The notes under the pieces are model-generated. The model was not told the DNA's origin. It saw nothing but the letters and a program-made list of their open reading frames with translations, and ran no database searches. A DNA stretch of 64,000 nt, from contig MU005972.1 of assembly GCA_010093745.1 (NCBI GenBank), forward strand, positions 1-64,000, written 5' to 3'. The position numbers and the translations under genes are program-made. Positions 21,023 to 32,231 of this stretch are shown here, piece by piece (within the stretch, counting starts at the first letter, position 1; every line of letters starts with the position of its first letter). The stretch comes from Piedraia hortae CBS 480.64 (taxonomy: Eukaryota).

Positions 21023-24000
21023 ATGCCTTTCCTCGAAAACGGGTTCTTGCCGCCCACCCCACGTCCGCCCCGTTCATCGGACAGCAGCTCCGAAGAAGGA
21101 GATGAGGGCGCGACGAGGCAAATACGGTCAGCGGAGCCGACCACTGGCCAGGCAGACAAACCGACGTTCAAGATGAGACACGGCTGGGAAGTTCAGCTCG
21201 AGTCCAAGGAACAGGCGGCGCGACTCAGCCAAAACTTCTTCATGTACTACGAAGACAAGCGGCACGAGACGGCAGCCAGTCTCCCACCCGACCTCGACCC
21301 AAAGAGGATCGTGCCTGAGTGGCGGATGAAGGATCGTTTGAAGACGGTGTCGGCTCTACTCGCCTTGTGCCTCAATGTTGGCGTTGATCCGCCAGACGTC
21401 ATCAAAACGAACCCTTGTGCCCGTCTCGAATGCTGGGTAGATCCTGTTCCTCCAGACGGTACCACCCAGGGCTCCAGCAACGCCAATTCGCTCATTGGGA
21501 AGAATCTGACAAAACAGTATGAGAGACTATCCCTGCGTACGCGTTACAAAGTCGTGATGGACCCCACCATCGAAGAGTTGAAGCGTCTCACCACCAATCT
21601 GCGCAAGGGTGCGCAATCGGAGCGTGTGCTCTTTCACTACAACGGCCATGGCGTGCCGAAGCCGACGGCGGGCGGCGAGGTTTGGTGCTTCAATCGTACC
21701 TACACTCAGTATATTCCGATCAGTCTCGTCGATCTACAAGAGTGGGCTGGGCCCACGAGTATGTGGCTTTGGGACTGTAGCAGCAGCGGCGGCGTTATTT
21801 CCGGCTTCTTGGAAACGGCTCGGAGAACTTACTCGAGCCATCCAGAAAGCATGTCGCGCGACCAGCAATCCAGCATGGGTGGGTGGGAAAATTCCATTCA
21901 CTTTGCTGCCTGCAGGCGGGACGAGGTTCTGCCTACAAATCCCCGTTTACCTGCTGACGTTTTCACGTCCTGTCTCACCAGCCCCATTGACATGGCGGTA
22001 CGGTTTTTCATCCTTCAGAATCCACTGGCCAAGTCGGCTGATTTGGGCCCAGACGACAACATCAAGATACCTGGCACGACCAGCGAGCGGCGCACGCCAT
22101 TGGGAGAGCTCATGTGGATATTCACTGCCATTACAGATACAATTGCTTGGAACTGCCTTTCAAAAGCGCAGTTCAAGAAGCTTTTTCGACAAGACCTCAT
22201 GGTTGCTGCGCTATTCAGGAATTTCCTTCTTGCACAGAGAATTATGCGCGTGTATCACTGCCATCCCCAATCCTACCCACCAATCGTCGATACCCATGAA
22301 CACCCTCTTTGGCAGTCTTGGGACTTGGCTCTCGAGATGGTCCTTGCGCAGCTACCTAAGCTAAATGCCCAGCAAAAGGCCACCGAAGCCATGGCCGAGT
22401 CCCAGCTACCTGGGCAAGCTGTAGAGCCCCCGTCGCCGCCCTCGATCGAATTCAACTACCAAAGCTCCGACTTCTTTGCTGACCAGCTCTCGGCATTCGA
22501 AGTCTACCTCACCTCGGCTCCAGCTAACCTGGACCCAAAGGGCCACACACGGCCTCCTGAGCAGCTTCCGATCGTGTTGCAAGTGTTGCTGTCCCAGTCT
22601 CATCGCTTGCGCGCCCTGATCTTGCTAAGCAAGTTCCTAGACATGGGCCCATGGGCTGTTGGGCTTTCCCTGAGCATTGGCATTTTCCCATATGTCCTGA
22701 AGCTTTTGCAGTCGCAGGCGGTTGAGCTGAAGCCTCCGATGATTTTTATCTGGGCACGCATTCTGGCTGTCGACCAGACCTGCCAGGCCGATTTGCTCAA
22801 GGACTCTGGCTACACCTACTTTACCTCGGTGTTAAACATAAACACCAAACTATTGATCACAGATGTTGAAGACCACCGAGCCATGTGTGCCTTTGTCATT
22901 GCCATGCTTTGCAAAGACTTTCGCCCGGGCCAGGAAGCGGTTCTTACAAGCAGTCCTGAGATCATTCCGAGTTGCCTGGAGCACATCCAGAATTCGACAA
23001 GCCCATTGCTGAGACAATTTAGCTGCCTCTGCCTCGCCCGTCTGTGGCAAGATTACCCCGAAGCCAAGGAAATCGGGTGGGCTAACAACGCACCCGCGAG
23101 GATTTGCGACCTGTCACACGACGCAATACCAGAGGTACGTGCCGCGGCGCTGAACGCTCTGGAAAGCTTTGTTGGAACCGGTGCAATTGACCCTAACTTG
23201 GTCGGGGACGAGGAAACGATTGCGTCCGTCGTGGTCGCAATGGGCATGGATGGCTCAGTCATTGTGAGAAGAGAGTTTACCGTCTTCTACTCATCATTTG
23301 TCAAAAAGTATCTGTCCAGATTCATCGTGGCTGCGTGGGAACAGATGGAGGAGGAGCGGGAAAGGCGCGCTCGCAAGTTTAACCCTGCCGAACATGGCCC
23401 TCGAAACGGAAACGTAGCGTCCGGAAGCACCGCTCACCTCCGGCAGATCGTCAATGGGCGCCAGTCTCGTCGGGTGTCCTTTACGGTTGATACGCCCTTT
23501 GACAGCCCGGCGTCATCGTCCAGCATCTCTACACCCTCCATTTACCGCGCCATGTGGCGCCAAATGCTCAGTCTGTCTGCTGACCCGCATCCAGACGTTG
23601 CCCGCAACGCTGCGGCTGTAGTCGACTATGTCACCGACTCGCTGGTCGAGTCTCCGCTCGGTCCTTTTGCCGAAAGGCGTTTGGACGAGCTTGTTCTATA
23701 CGGTCTAAAGCGTGACGGGGGCGGCATATCTGCATTGGACCATGCAGCTCGGCGGAGGTCCAAAGACACGAGCTCTCAAGGGTCTCAAAGCCCGACGGAA
23801 AGCGTTGCGAGCAGAGGCGAAGGCTACTTTGGCCTTTCCAGGACTGTCAGTGTTGCTGCAGCCATGAAGAGCCTGTTTGGTAGCATTACCAAGGCAGAGC
23901 CCGAAAGGCCACCCTCCCCGGTGCCCTCTGATGATAGGCTAAGCACTGGCTCAGTGATGGCCTACCGATCGCGGCCGCTTACCGCAGCCGATGCGTCTAA

Positions 24001-25345
24001 GCTGCCCCCCGATGCGCTCGACCGCATCAGCGGCCCTCCACATCAGCCCAAGGCAAAGACAGTGCTTTCTCCATTCCATGTACCCCGCGACCCTGACAGT
24101 CCGCTCGCGGAGCTGCCCAAATCCTCCTTCCTAGACTGGTCTGCGGGCTTTTTCCGTGAGCCACAGCTGCGACCGTCTGACGGAAACGAGCCGGGCTCTC
24201 GAAACTACAATGAGCGCACCTGGAGGCGAAATCGAAATGACGGACTCATAAATTCAACTCAGCCACTCAAGAAGGAGGCGGGTAGTCGACGGTGGGACGT
24301 GCCCTGCGGTTGCTTTGGCATTGGCGCCGCGCCGATGAAGATGCTGTTTCATCAGTTTGAAGATCATCTCGTCACCAGCGACGATCGTGACAGTATTGCT
24401 GTATGGGACTGGCACCGTGCAGTTCAGCTCTGCCGGTTCAGCAACGGAAATCCTTCTGGCAGCAGAGTCACCAGCCTGAGGTTTATCAACGAAGACGATC
24501 AAGCAATGTTGATGACGGGCTCGAGTGACGGCGTCATCAAAATCTTCCGCAACTACGATGACATTAACAAGATTCAGCTGGTCACTGGCTTCCGTGCATT
24601 GTCTAGGCTCATTGTCAGCGACAAGCAAAACGCGGGCTTGGTTTTCGACTGGCAGCAAGGCCAGGGCCGGATCCTGGTTGCGGGCGACGACCGTATTGTT
24701 CGCGTGTGGAACGCGGCGACAGAGCTGTGCACCGGAGATATACCGGCGCGATCAGGCTCATGCATCACGTCGCTCACATCAGACCAAGTCGAGGGCAACG
24801 TCTTCGTGGCCGGCTTCGGCAACGGGTCGGTTCGAGCCTACGACTTGAGGATAAATTCGCGTGACAGCATGATCATGAACTGGGCCGACCACGAAAAGAA
24901 CCACAGGTCGTGGGTGGTTGGCGTGCACCTCCAGCGCGGCGGGATCCGTGAACTGATCTCGGCCGAATCCAATGGTGGAGTTCGCCTCTGGGACTTGCGC
25001 ATGCGTGGTGCCGTGGCCCGTATGGAGGGCAAGCGACAGCCTCGCAATCTCCGCACACTATCGGTTCATGAGCACGCGCCCGTGTTTGCGACTGGCCATT
25101 CGGACCATGCAATTCGCGTCTACAATGTGAACTTTCGGCATCTAAGCACTACAGAGCCATATATGAGCTATCTGCGATTGGTAGACGGTCCTCGCAATGC
25201 GCCTGTGACGGCAACGGCGTTCCATCCTCATCGGATGATGCTGGCTTGCGGTGCCGTGAATGATGGCCACGTCAATCTGTTTCGGTGCGATGGTGCCACG
25301 GGCTCAAAGGGAGGCGGCGTATTGGATGATGAACTAAACTACTGA
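21023..25345 (+). CDS. KOG1: Raptor, TORC1 subunit (single exon)
   Basis: RNC domain (WRMKDRLKTVS...CLNVGVDPPD, LFHYNGHGVP), HEAT repeats and C-terminal WD40 repeats (TAFHPHRMMLA). Confidence 0.96.
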   Translation: MPFLENGFLPPTPRPPRSSDSSSEEGDEGATRQIRSAEPTTGQADKPTFKMRHGWEVQLESKEQAARLSQNFFMYYEDKRHETAASLPPDLDPKRIVPEWRMKDRLKTVSALLALCLNVGVDPPDVIKTNPCARLECWVDPVPPDGTTQGSSNANSLIGKNLTKQYERLSLRTRYKVVMDPTIEELKRLTTNLRKGAQSERVLFHYNGHGVPKPTAGGEVWCFNRTYTQYIPISLVDLQEWAGPTSMWLWDCSSSGGVISGFLETARRTYSSHPESMSRDQQSSMGGWENSIHFAACRRDEVLPTNPRLPADVFTSCLTSPIDMAVRFFILQNPLAKSADLGPDDNIKIPGTTSERRTPLGELMWIFTAITDTIAWNCLSKAQFKKLFRQDLMVAALFRNFLLAQRIMRVYHCHPQSYPPIVDTHEHPLWQSWDLALEMVLAQLPKLNAQQKATEAMAESQLPGQAVEPPSPPSIEFNYQSSDFFADQLSAFEVYLTSAPANLDPKGHTRPPEQLPIVLQVLLSQSHRLRALILLSKFLDMGPWAVGLSLSIGIFPYVLKLLQSQAVELKPPMIFIWARILAVDQTCQADLLKDSGYTYFTSVLNINTKLLITDVEDHRAMCAFVIAMLCKDFRPGQEAVLTSSPEIIPSCLEHIQNSTSPLLRQFSCLCLARLWQDYPEAKEIGWANNAPARICDLSHDAIPEVRAAALNALESFVGTGAIDPNLVGDEETIASVVVAMGMDGSVIVRREFTVFYSSFVKKYLSRFIVAAWEQMEEERERRARKFNPAEHGPRNGNVASGSTAHLRQIVNGRQSRRVSFTVDTPFDSPASSSSISTPSIYRAMWRQMLSLSADPHPDVARNAAAVVDYVTDSLVESPLGPFAERRLDELVLYGLKRDGGGISALDHAARRRSKDTSSQGSQSPTESVASRGEGYFGLSRTVSVAAAMKSLFGSITKAEPERPPSPVPSDDRLSTGSVMAYRSRPLTAADASKLPPDALDRISGPPHQPKAKTVLSPFHVPRDPDSPLAELPKSSFLDWSAGFFREPQLRPSDGNEPGSRNYNERTWRRNRNDGLINSTQPLKKEAGSRRWDVPCGCFGIGAAPMKMLFHQFEDHLVTSDDRDSIAVWDWHRAVQLCRFSNGNPSGSRVTSLRFINEDDQAMLMTGSSDGVIKIFRNYDDINKIQLVTGFRALSRLIVSDKQNAGLVFDWQQGQGRILVAGDDRIVRVWNAATELCTGDIPARSGSCITSLTSDQVEGNVFVAGFGNGSVRAYDLRINSRDSMIMNWADHEKNHRSWVVGVHLQRGGIRELISAESNGGVRLWDLRMRGAVARMEGKRQPRNLRTLSVHEHAPVFATGHSDHAIRVYNVNFRHLSTTEPYMSYLRLVDGPRNAPVTATAFHPHRMMLACGAVNDGHVNLFRCDGATGSKGGGVLDDELNY

Positions 25346-25621
25346 TGTGCAGAGAGTAATTGCGCGGGAAAAAGTACCGTGTTTACATAATGTCTGTAAT
25401 TACGACCATTTTTCTGTTGTCGAGGACAGCGGTCTAACCTCTTTTGGCTCAGTCGGTGTACCATAGAATGCCCGCAATCATGAGAGATGAGGTACAAAGG
25501 CGACGCCTGATTGCTCTTGTGCCACCTCGGACCTTTGGGGGAATAAGGCTAGGATAGAACTCGAGATACTCGAGTCACCCAACACCAAACGCTGCCCCGT
25601 GGCGGTTAACAAGGTCGTAAG

Positions 25622-26914
25622 ATGTCGCAACGTGAACAATTGCCCTTTTATCTCCCCACCTCGCTGGACTTTATAAATCGTCCCAATCCCGTGGAGCCTC
25701 AATCGGTTCCGGAGAAACATCCGCTGAACTGTAAAGCCCAACTCTGCACCCAGCTGGCGTTGCGAAATCCTCTTGGTCAGTCAGTCGATGCTCCCAACGA
25801 TGACACTCGCAGACGCCACAGAGCGAGCGACGATAAGCTGCTGGATCTACCAAAGCTGCCAATCCCACAGGGGAGCCGGATGCCCCTGATACCGCCCACT
25901 CTCAGCGGCCTACATCAGCCTCCACCAGATGCAAGGCTACTGCCTTCCATGTCCACCAAGCAGCCGCAATTGCAGCGGGCTGATACGAATACAAAGCGTT
26001 CCGAACGTACATTACCATCTCCTCCTCTCCCTGCGCCTCGTCCTACTGCCTCTGCTGCTGCTGCCGCCCCACCTCTTGTACCTGCTCGCGTCCGGCACTC
26101 GCAAGCCAAACAAAGGTCGGCATGTCACAAATCCAATCGGAACAAATGGAGCGACGACGAGACAGCCGACCTTCTTCGAGGCGTGGCACGGTTCGGGGTC
26201 GGCAACTGGACCAAAATATTGCGCTGTCCAGACTACAACTTTTCTCATCGCACCGCATTGGGCCTGAAGGATCGCTTTCGCGTTTGTCGGCCAGAAGACT
26301 ACAAACGCAGCACCAATGAGCGCCCAGCCAAGGCAAAGAAGTCCAATGGACGGAGCGAGCGCATGAGCCACGAAGAACTGCGCGAGCTGGGAATTGACCA
26401 GCCGTTCTTACGCTCGAATCGTAGACGAAGGCACGGATACAGCGCGATGGAAGACGATAACCTATTGCGTGGTTTCCAGATATACGGCAGTTCATGGGCC
26501 GCAATCCGAGCAGACGCCCGGTTGGGTTTGAATCACCGCTTGCCTACCGACTTACGCGACCGCATGCGAACGAGGTTCCCTGAGCAATATGCAAAACGAA
26601 CAGCCCACGAGAAGCAACCTCAAGGCGCTGACAAGGCAGCACCGGGCCTGGAAGATGATTACTTGGGCGAAGCATTTGACTACGGGGCAGGAGAAGAGCC
26701 TGTGGTCACGCTGGATCGAGATATTCTGGACTGGGCTTCGGCAGACCTGGATAGACCTCTTAGCAGCCACGATAGTGCACGCGTAACAGCACCATTCTCG
26801 GGATCACTGCCGTCGCTGGCGGACATCACAACGGGACTGGGGAGTAGCGGGCAGCACTTGGAACTACCACTGTTGATGCCTGTATCAATTGAGTCGACAT
26901 TTACAGGACTTTGA
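25622..26914 (+). CDS. Double Myb/SANT domain DNA-binding protein, telobox-like (Tay1/Teb1-like)
   Basis: Two Myb repeats: WSDDETADLLRGVARFGVGNWTKIL...RTALGLKDRFR and YSAMEDDNLLRGFQIYGSSWAAI...LRDRMR. Confidence 0.85.
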   Translation: MSQREQLPFYLPTSLDFINRPNPVEPQSVPEKHPLNCKAQLCTQLALRNPLGQSVDAPNDDTRRRHRASDDKLLDLPKLPIPQGSRMPLIPPTLSGLHQPPPDARLLPSMSTKQPQLQRADTNTKRSERTLPSPPLPAPRPTASAAAAAPPLVPARVRHSQAKQRSACHKSNRNKWSDDETADLLRGVARFGVGNWTKILRCPDYNFSHRTALGLKDRFRVCRPEDYKRSTNERPAKAKKSNGRSERMSHEELRELGIDQPFLRSNRRRRHGYSAMEDDNLLRGFQIYGSSWAAIRADARLGLNHRLPTDLRDRMRTRFPEQYAKRTAHEKQPQGADKAAPGLEDDYLGEAFDYGAGEEPVVTLDRDILDWASADLDRPLSSHDSARVTAPFSGSLPSLADITTGLGSSGQHLELPLLMPVSIESTFTGL

Positions 26915-27245
26915 TGGTTGTAGAAGATGTACCCAATGTTTTTCGTGTTTCGTACATGCATAAGGTAAAGCCAATCCGCGAATTATTGCCAAGATCAATA
27001 TGCGGGAACGAGAACTGAGTCTTCAAGGATTTGGCGTTAAACTTGTGTAAACTCATACAATCCCTACGCGATATTTCGAGCCATTCATTTGTCAACCTCG
27101 TAGTATGGGCTTGCATGATGTGAAATTAGACAATAAAAAGAATTCCGGTGGCTTTCCTTTTGCGCAAGGCTTTAGATCTGTCCTACCCACCTATGGGATA
27201 CAATAAAAAGTCGGATCCATCCTCAAATGCCCTTTCCTAACAAGC

Positions 27246-27823
27246 ATGAAGTGGTCTCTTTTCGCTATCTGCCTAACCGCATCCAAAGTTCTGGCTCAAC
27301 CACATCAATGGCGTGGTTATCAACACTGCCTATCGCAGAGGCAGGTGACGGATATCATTGACGAATTCGTCAGCATCCTGAAGCACCAGGACTGGCAGGG
27401 TCACTCGCCCAACGAGACAGCTCATGCACTCATTGCCGACGATTACAAGGAATCCTCTGACTCGATTCTTTCGCTAATGGGGAAGCCTGTAAGTCTATCG
27501 CTTGCGGAAGATGCACAGAAGCTGATTGAATTGTGTAGCTCGGTGGCTATGCCACTTCATCCAAGGCTGAATGGATTGCCGGTACCTTGGGTCATCCAGC
27601 TAATCCTGACGTCGAGACGTTGGACGCCCTTCCAGCCGGCTGCCGGAAGATTGTCTGGCACTGGCGCTTTCCCAAGGTCGGCTCCAACGAATACCCCGTC
27701 AAGGGATTCAACCTCTTTACGATCAACGACCGTGGCCAAATTTCTGAAGCTGACATTGAATTCAACTCGATTGCATGGGGCATCGACACCAAGGAAATGT
27801 ACCAGTATTGTCCCAAAGCTTAA
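27246..27823 (+). CDS. Small secreted protein, probable NTF2/SnoaL-like fold; intron 27489-27538
   Basis: Signal peptide, DYKESSDSI, and IVWHWRF...VKGFNLF...IEFNSIAW. A GTAAGT...TAG intron restores the frame. Confidence 0.75.
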
Positions 27824-27831
27824 TTAGGTAG

Positions 27832-28664
27832 TCAAACTTTGAGGATTTCCTCGAGAACCGCATTCTCACCTTTAAGCCATCGTCCCCGTCCTCCCAGCTG
27901 GTGCCCAATGTATTTGCTACTTTTTGTCTGTTGTTGTTCTCCTTCAAGCTCTTGGATTGCCTGCTGCCTGCTCTTGTCGAGCGGGTCCAGCTCCTCTTGT
28001 AGTTGTTCCAGTCGCCGGTACTCGGATGTGATAGAGGATTGAAACGCCTCAATTTCCTCGTCCAGCGTTGTTAGATGTTTCTCCCGCTCCACTACGAGAT
28101 CTTCCGTTGGTTGCAAGGGAAGGCGTAGGAGCGGGTCGGGCTCGTTTTCAATAGTGTCCAGCGTAGCAATCGTTTGACGCAAGGCCTCGATGTCATGCGG
28201 AATGCCTTCCATCTGTATCATATCATGTTGCAGTTGCTCATAGCCTAGGAACTTCATCAGTTGTAATTAGCGTTTGACATTTGTGGCTACCTACGCTGCG
28301 CCAGACTTCGTCCCTGCTCTTTTAACTCGCTCATCATGGCAGCAACTTCCTCCTTGCGCGTTTTTAAGTCCGCTTTCAACCCATCTTTGTCAAACAACAC
28401 ACTCTCCAACTTTGCATTCTCAGCCACGGACACATACGCGGGCGGGCTTTCGGAGATCGCGAGCAAGAACCTCTCCTTGGTGACGTGATCTACATACAGG
28501 AAGCGCAGTTTTGCGAACAGTTCGCGGTAGTGTTTTAGCAACGTTTCTAGCTGCGCCGGGCTCGCTGTTGATACGTCCGACATGTCCGAAACGCGCCTTC
28601 CATTCACTCCTGTGACGCCATTTCCAGCAAAAGGCTGCGCAAGCGGAAGTATAGATAGGTCCAT
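27832..28664 (-). CDS. SOS7: Kinetochore protein, Sos7/Kre28 family; intron 28294-28245
   Basis: ELFAKLRFLYVDHVTKERFLLAI motif, a coiled coil and C-terminal LGGRGRWL. Confidence 0.75.
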
Positions 28665-28978
28665 GGTTGACTGGCGCAGACGTATTACTGTTGTAAACAG
28701 TGACAACCACGGCAACGGTGCGGGCGGGTGCGGGGGGGGGGAAATTGACTCCACGTGTTGTGTCAACGGCACGCTAACGGCTTGGCATATACCAGCATCG
28801 TGGCTGTAGGTGGAGCATGGATGCCTTTGGATCAGGGCTTGTTAACGTAAATACGTGTTGATGGTTGATCTTTATGTAATCCACTTCGTTGTGGTGAAAG
28901 TGTCAATCGTGACAGGTTGGGCACGGCCCATCCAAGTCACATTGCTCGCACCTCGCACACCATCCTACATACTGAACA

Positions 28979-29710
28979 ATGCCTCCTACCTTGAGCGATG
29001 AAGAGGTTGCGTCGATGCTTGTGGATGAAGCCGATTCTGCGGCTTCACGGCGCGACAAAAATGCCCCCAGACCGAACATGACGTTTTTGAAGAACCTTGT
29101 CCGCAATGCCGACAGCCACAACGCAGCTTTGCGCAGGGCAAGGGAAAGAGACGCCGCCAGAGCGCGGAGAGACGGCGATAAGAAGATCTGGGAGTCAAAC
29201 GATAGGCGTAAACTGCCGTCGGACAGGGACCGAGCAGATCGATGGATGCGGACTCTTCCTCGCCTGAGCAACTCAAGCCCCAAGCGACCCGCCAAGGATG
29301 ATAAATCAAAATACTGTGCGAAGCGACGGCGAACGGAACCTTGCCATTCCAGTTTTGACCCTCCACCCCGTGGACGGGGAGCCTACAGGTCCAGTAACCA
29401 TATAGACTCTCGCTTTGCAAGTGACTACAACCCGGAGACTGATTACGGAGACGAAGACGACAATGGCGAGGACTCGGACGCAGCGACAGAGGCCTTTCGC
29501 TTGCGTAAAGCGTGGGAATTTCAACAGGCGAATCGTCTGCGTCAAGCAGGTTTTACAGATGATGAAGTACGACGATGGGACGATGGAGGGCGTGAAAAGG
29601 ATGTTAACCACGTGCAGTGGAATAAACGTGGACAAAGCAGAGAATGGGATCGCGGGAAGACTGTCGATGCTGAGGGGGTCGTTACTGTCGAGCCATTGTG
29701 GGCCAAATAA
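28979..29710 (+). CDS. Conserved fungal hypothetical charged protein, probably nuclear
   Basis: Intact 243-aa ORF with conserved-looking blocks PRPNMTFLKNLVRNADSHNAAL, IDSRFASDYNP and WNKRGQSREWDRGK. Confidence 0.75.
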   Translation: MPPTLSDEEVASMLVDEADSAASRRDKNAPRPNMTFLKNLVRNADSHNAALRRARERDAARARRDGDKKIWESNDRRKLPSDRDRADRWMRTLPRLSNSSPKRPAKDDKSKYCAKRRRTEPCHSSFDPPPRGRGAYRSSNHIDSRFASDYNPETDYGDEDDNGEDSDAATEAFRLRKAWEFQQANRLRQAGFTDDEVRRWDDGGREKDVNHVQWNKRGQSREWDRGKTVDAEGVVTVEPLWAK

Positions 29711-29827
29711 GGAGAGCCTCCCTGGATGACTAAATGGATACCTTGACTTCTGGACACATGGCCAGTTAAGAAAAATATCTCCTTTCTGTCTTGGCACCCA
29801 AGATAAAATTTTCTGACCGTGCACTGT

Positions 29828-30336
29828 CTAACTGTGATCGCTGGCTGTTCTGTCGGCCTTTCTCACTTCCTTTCGTTTCCTCCGTATCTCCCGCTCCAGT
29901 GCTCTCATCTCGGCGGCTGCATTGACCGCTTCGGTGACGTCGTTGAGCACAATCCGACGGAACGATGCCTGGGTAGAGCGCAAATCTCGTGGCACGAGGA
30001 TGCCGAACCATTTGATCGGATCCTTTTCACTGCTTACCTGCGAAACGTTCAATTCTCCGTGCTCTGTGATAGAACATTCGGTAGAAGCTCGCATCCTGTC
30101 GTCATAAAACTCTTTTCCATGATGGCATTTGCCAGCATAATTTGCTCGCGCTAGCGATACAAGTCCCTTTGCTAATGGTCAGTTTTAGAAAGTCCGATGC
30201 AAAAATCAGTGTGATTACTTGCCATGGAGAGGTTTTGCTGCATGCGATCTCGTGCTTCGGTGTACTGCGACAAGGCAGCGAGGTAGCGCATCCAGAGCCT
30301 GTCCAACTCATCGTTTAGTCTGTCGAGCGAACCCAT
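29828..30336 (-). CDS. VMA22: V-ATPase assembly factor Vma22/CCDC115; probable GC-AG intron 30222-30167
   Basis: The spliced product reads LDRLWMRYLAALSQY...LSMGLVSLARANY...YDDRMRAS...DPIKWFGILVPRDLRSTQASF. Confidence 0.88.
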
Positions 30337-30505
30337 GGTTAACCGTAGTCACATGTACATAGAACTTGTTTCTACCTACACACTTGTGACGCCCTCACTC
30401 CCCACACACACTCTCTCATTCTCTGGCTCTCTTCATATCACTGCCAAGTGATTGTGCAATCAGCCGGTTGAGGTGTCAGTCACTTGCATCATTGTTACGC
30501 CAACG

Positions 30506-32014
30506 ATGCTTCCACGACCCGTCTTCGGGCCCCTCAGGTCATCCTTGGTTTACCGTCGGTTTAGCCGTGTTCCTGCTTTGGAATCGTCATGGGGCATCAG
30601 ACCGTCGGTCAAAAAAGGGCTATGGCTCGGTCTGCGATGGACGGCCATCGCTTACACATTCGTTGCCCTCGGTTCGCTGGCATACATGGGAGTTGAATTC
30701 ATGCACGAGGAACAAGAGCGGCCCACGCCGGAGGAATGGAAAGTGCTAACCAAGTGGAGCTTGAGAAACGCGCGGAAACTAATGAAGGCTGTTGACGATG
30801 GCCAGCTGACCATCGAATGGCCCTTGGTTGCTAAATACCTACGCTACTGCCTATTGAGATTGGAAGATCCAAAGTGCGACGGCAAAGGGATCGTTAAGCT
30901 CGAAGAAGGTCTCGATGTCAGCACCAAAAGCTGGCCTTGGAAGGCCGGATACTTCGAGGTCATTATGGCTTGCGCTGTTGCTGCCGAGCATCTCGACAGC
31001 TCCGTTATTGACACCAAAAGCCTGCACGTGTTCCCCAAGGCTATGGTCATCGGACACTCTAATCCAGACCCCATACCTACGCCTATATTTATGCCGCCTG
31101 CACCGCGCGAAGAAGACTGTGTTCGCGTGTTTGACCCGCCCGAGGTATTTTATAAACGTGTTCTTGCCACCAAAGGCTTCACCACGGAGCAAAAATTGGA
31201 GGCAGCTTTAGCTTACGCGAATTGGATGGAGCGTCAGGGTCAGCCAATGGATGCAACAGAACTGCATGAATGGGCGATTGATCTCGCCAAAAACAGCCGG
31301 TCTCCCGAAACTGATGCTCTCAATGGGGAAAACAAGATGTCGTCAAATCTCCTCCGCGCAACGGCAGCACTGGGGATGCATCAGGCCCGAGTAGGGAATC
31401 CCTCGGTGGCTCTGCCAATTCTCCTATCCGCGCTGCAAGCTCGTCGAAGTGCAACGTCGCCATTACCTCAATTGGCGACTGGTAGCGCCAGGTGCGCTAA
31501 CGGGACAACGGACAGCAACGGCGTGGTCCAGTGGCTCCACCGGGCACTGACTCCACCAACGTTCCCGCCGCCACCACCGTCAGGCGATGCACCGTTGGCG
31601 CCAAGGGATCATCTAACATGTGAAGACAGCGAATTGATGCTCTACATCGCGCAGATTTGGCCGTCTGCGACTGAAGCATTGGACTGGGCACGGCAAGGCG
31701 TAACAACCGCCAAGAATTGTTTACAATTTGACAAGGACAGCCAATCAAAAGCTGAACAATTACGTTGCCTGCAGTGCCTCGAAAAGGGCGCTGGAATGTG
31801 GAAACTAGGGCTGCACAACCAGATCACTGGCCAGACACAATCGAACAACTGGCTCGGTTGGCTCTGGCAAAGGCCGGATGGAAAGGAAAAAGAGATGGTA
31901 CAAGAGATGAAGGATGTGGACGACTTGCTGAGACAAGCTCGAGAATGGAAGCCTGGATTTGGCGGAGCCAATCGCAACCTGGTGGCAGGTTCAACGCTAA
32001 CGGCTTCCGGCTAA
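30506..32014 (+). CDS. Conserved fungal protein with mitochondrial-type presequence, one TM helix and TPR-like helices
   Basis: Arg-rich N-terminus, TM segment WTAIAYTFVALGSLAYMGV, and helical repeats. Function cannot be assigned. Confidence 0.7.
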   Translation: MLPRPVFGPLRSSLVYRRFSRVPALESSWGIRPSVKKGLWLGLRWTAIAYTFVALGSLAYMGVEFMHEEQERPTPEEWKVLTKWSLRNARKLMKAVDDGQLTIEWPLVAKYLRYCLLRLEDPKCDGKGIVKLEEGLDVSTKSWPWKAGYFEVIMACAVAAEHLDSSVIDTKSLHVFPKAMVIGHSNPDPIPTPIFMPPAPREEDCVRVFDPPEVFYKRVLATKGFTTEQKLEAALAYANWMERQGQPMDATELHEWAIDLAKNSRSPETDALNGENKMSSNLLRATAALGMHQARVGNPSVALPILLSALQARRSATSPLPQLATGSARCANGTTDSNGVVQWLHRALTPPTFPPPPPSGDAPLAPRDHLTCEDSELMLYIAQIWPSATEALDWARQGVTTAKNCLQFDKDSQSKAEQLRCLQCLEKGAGMWKLGLHNQITGQTQSNNWLGWLWQRPDGKEKEMVQEMKDVDDLLRQAREWKPGFGGANRNLVAGSTLTASG

Positions 32015-32231
32015 CTTCATCAACTGTTGGCAGGGCCGCCCTAGTTCGTCATAGGACGGCGGTCGGCATGCGGCAAAAACTTGGAACCGCCGGCTTTAGA
32101 TGCTGTGGCGGGAAATCCAGAAATGAAAGCAATTCGCGCTCTTCAAAAAGCCAAGACCACCCGGGTACGTTGCTTCCAATTCTCTACCTATCGCGCCAGC
32201 CTTTGCTACCACTCTTTATTTCCACAACGAC

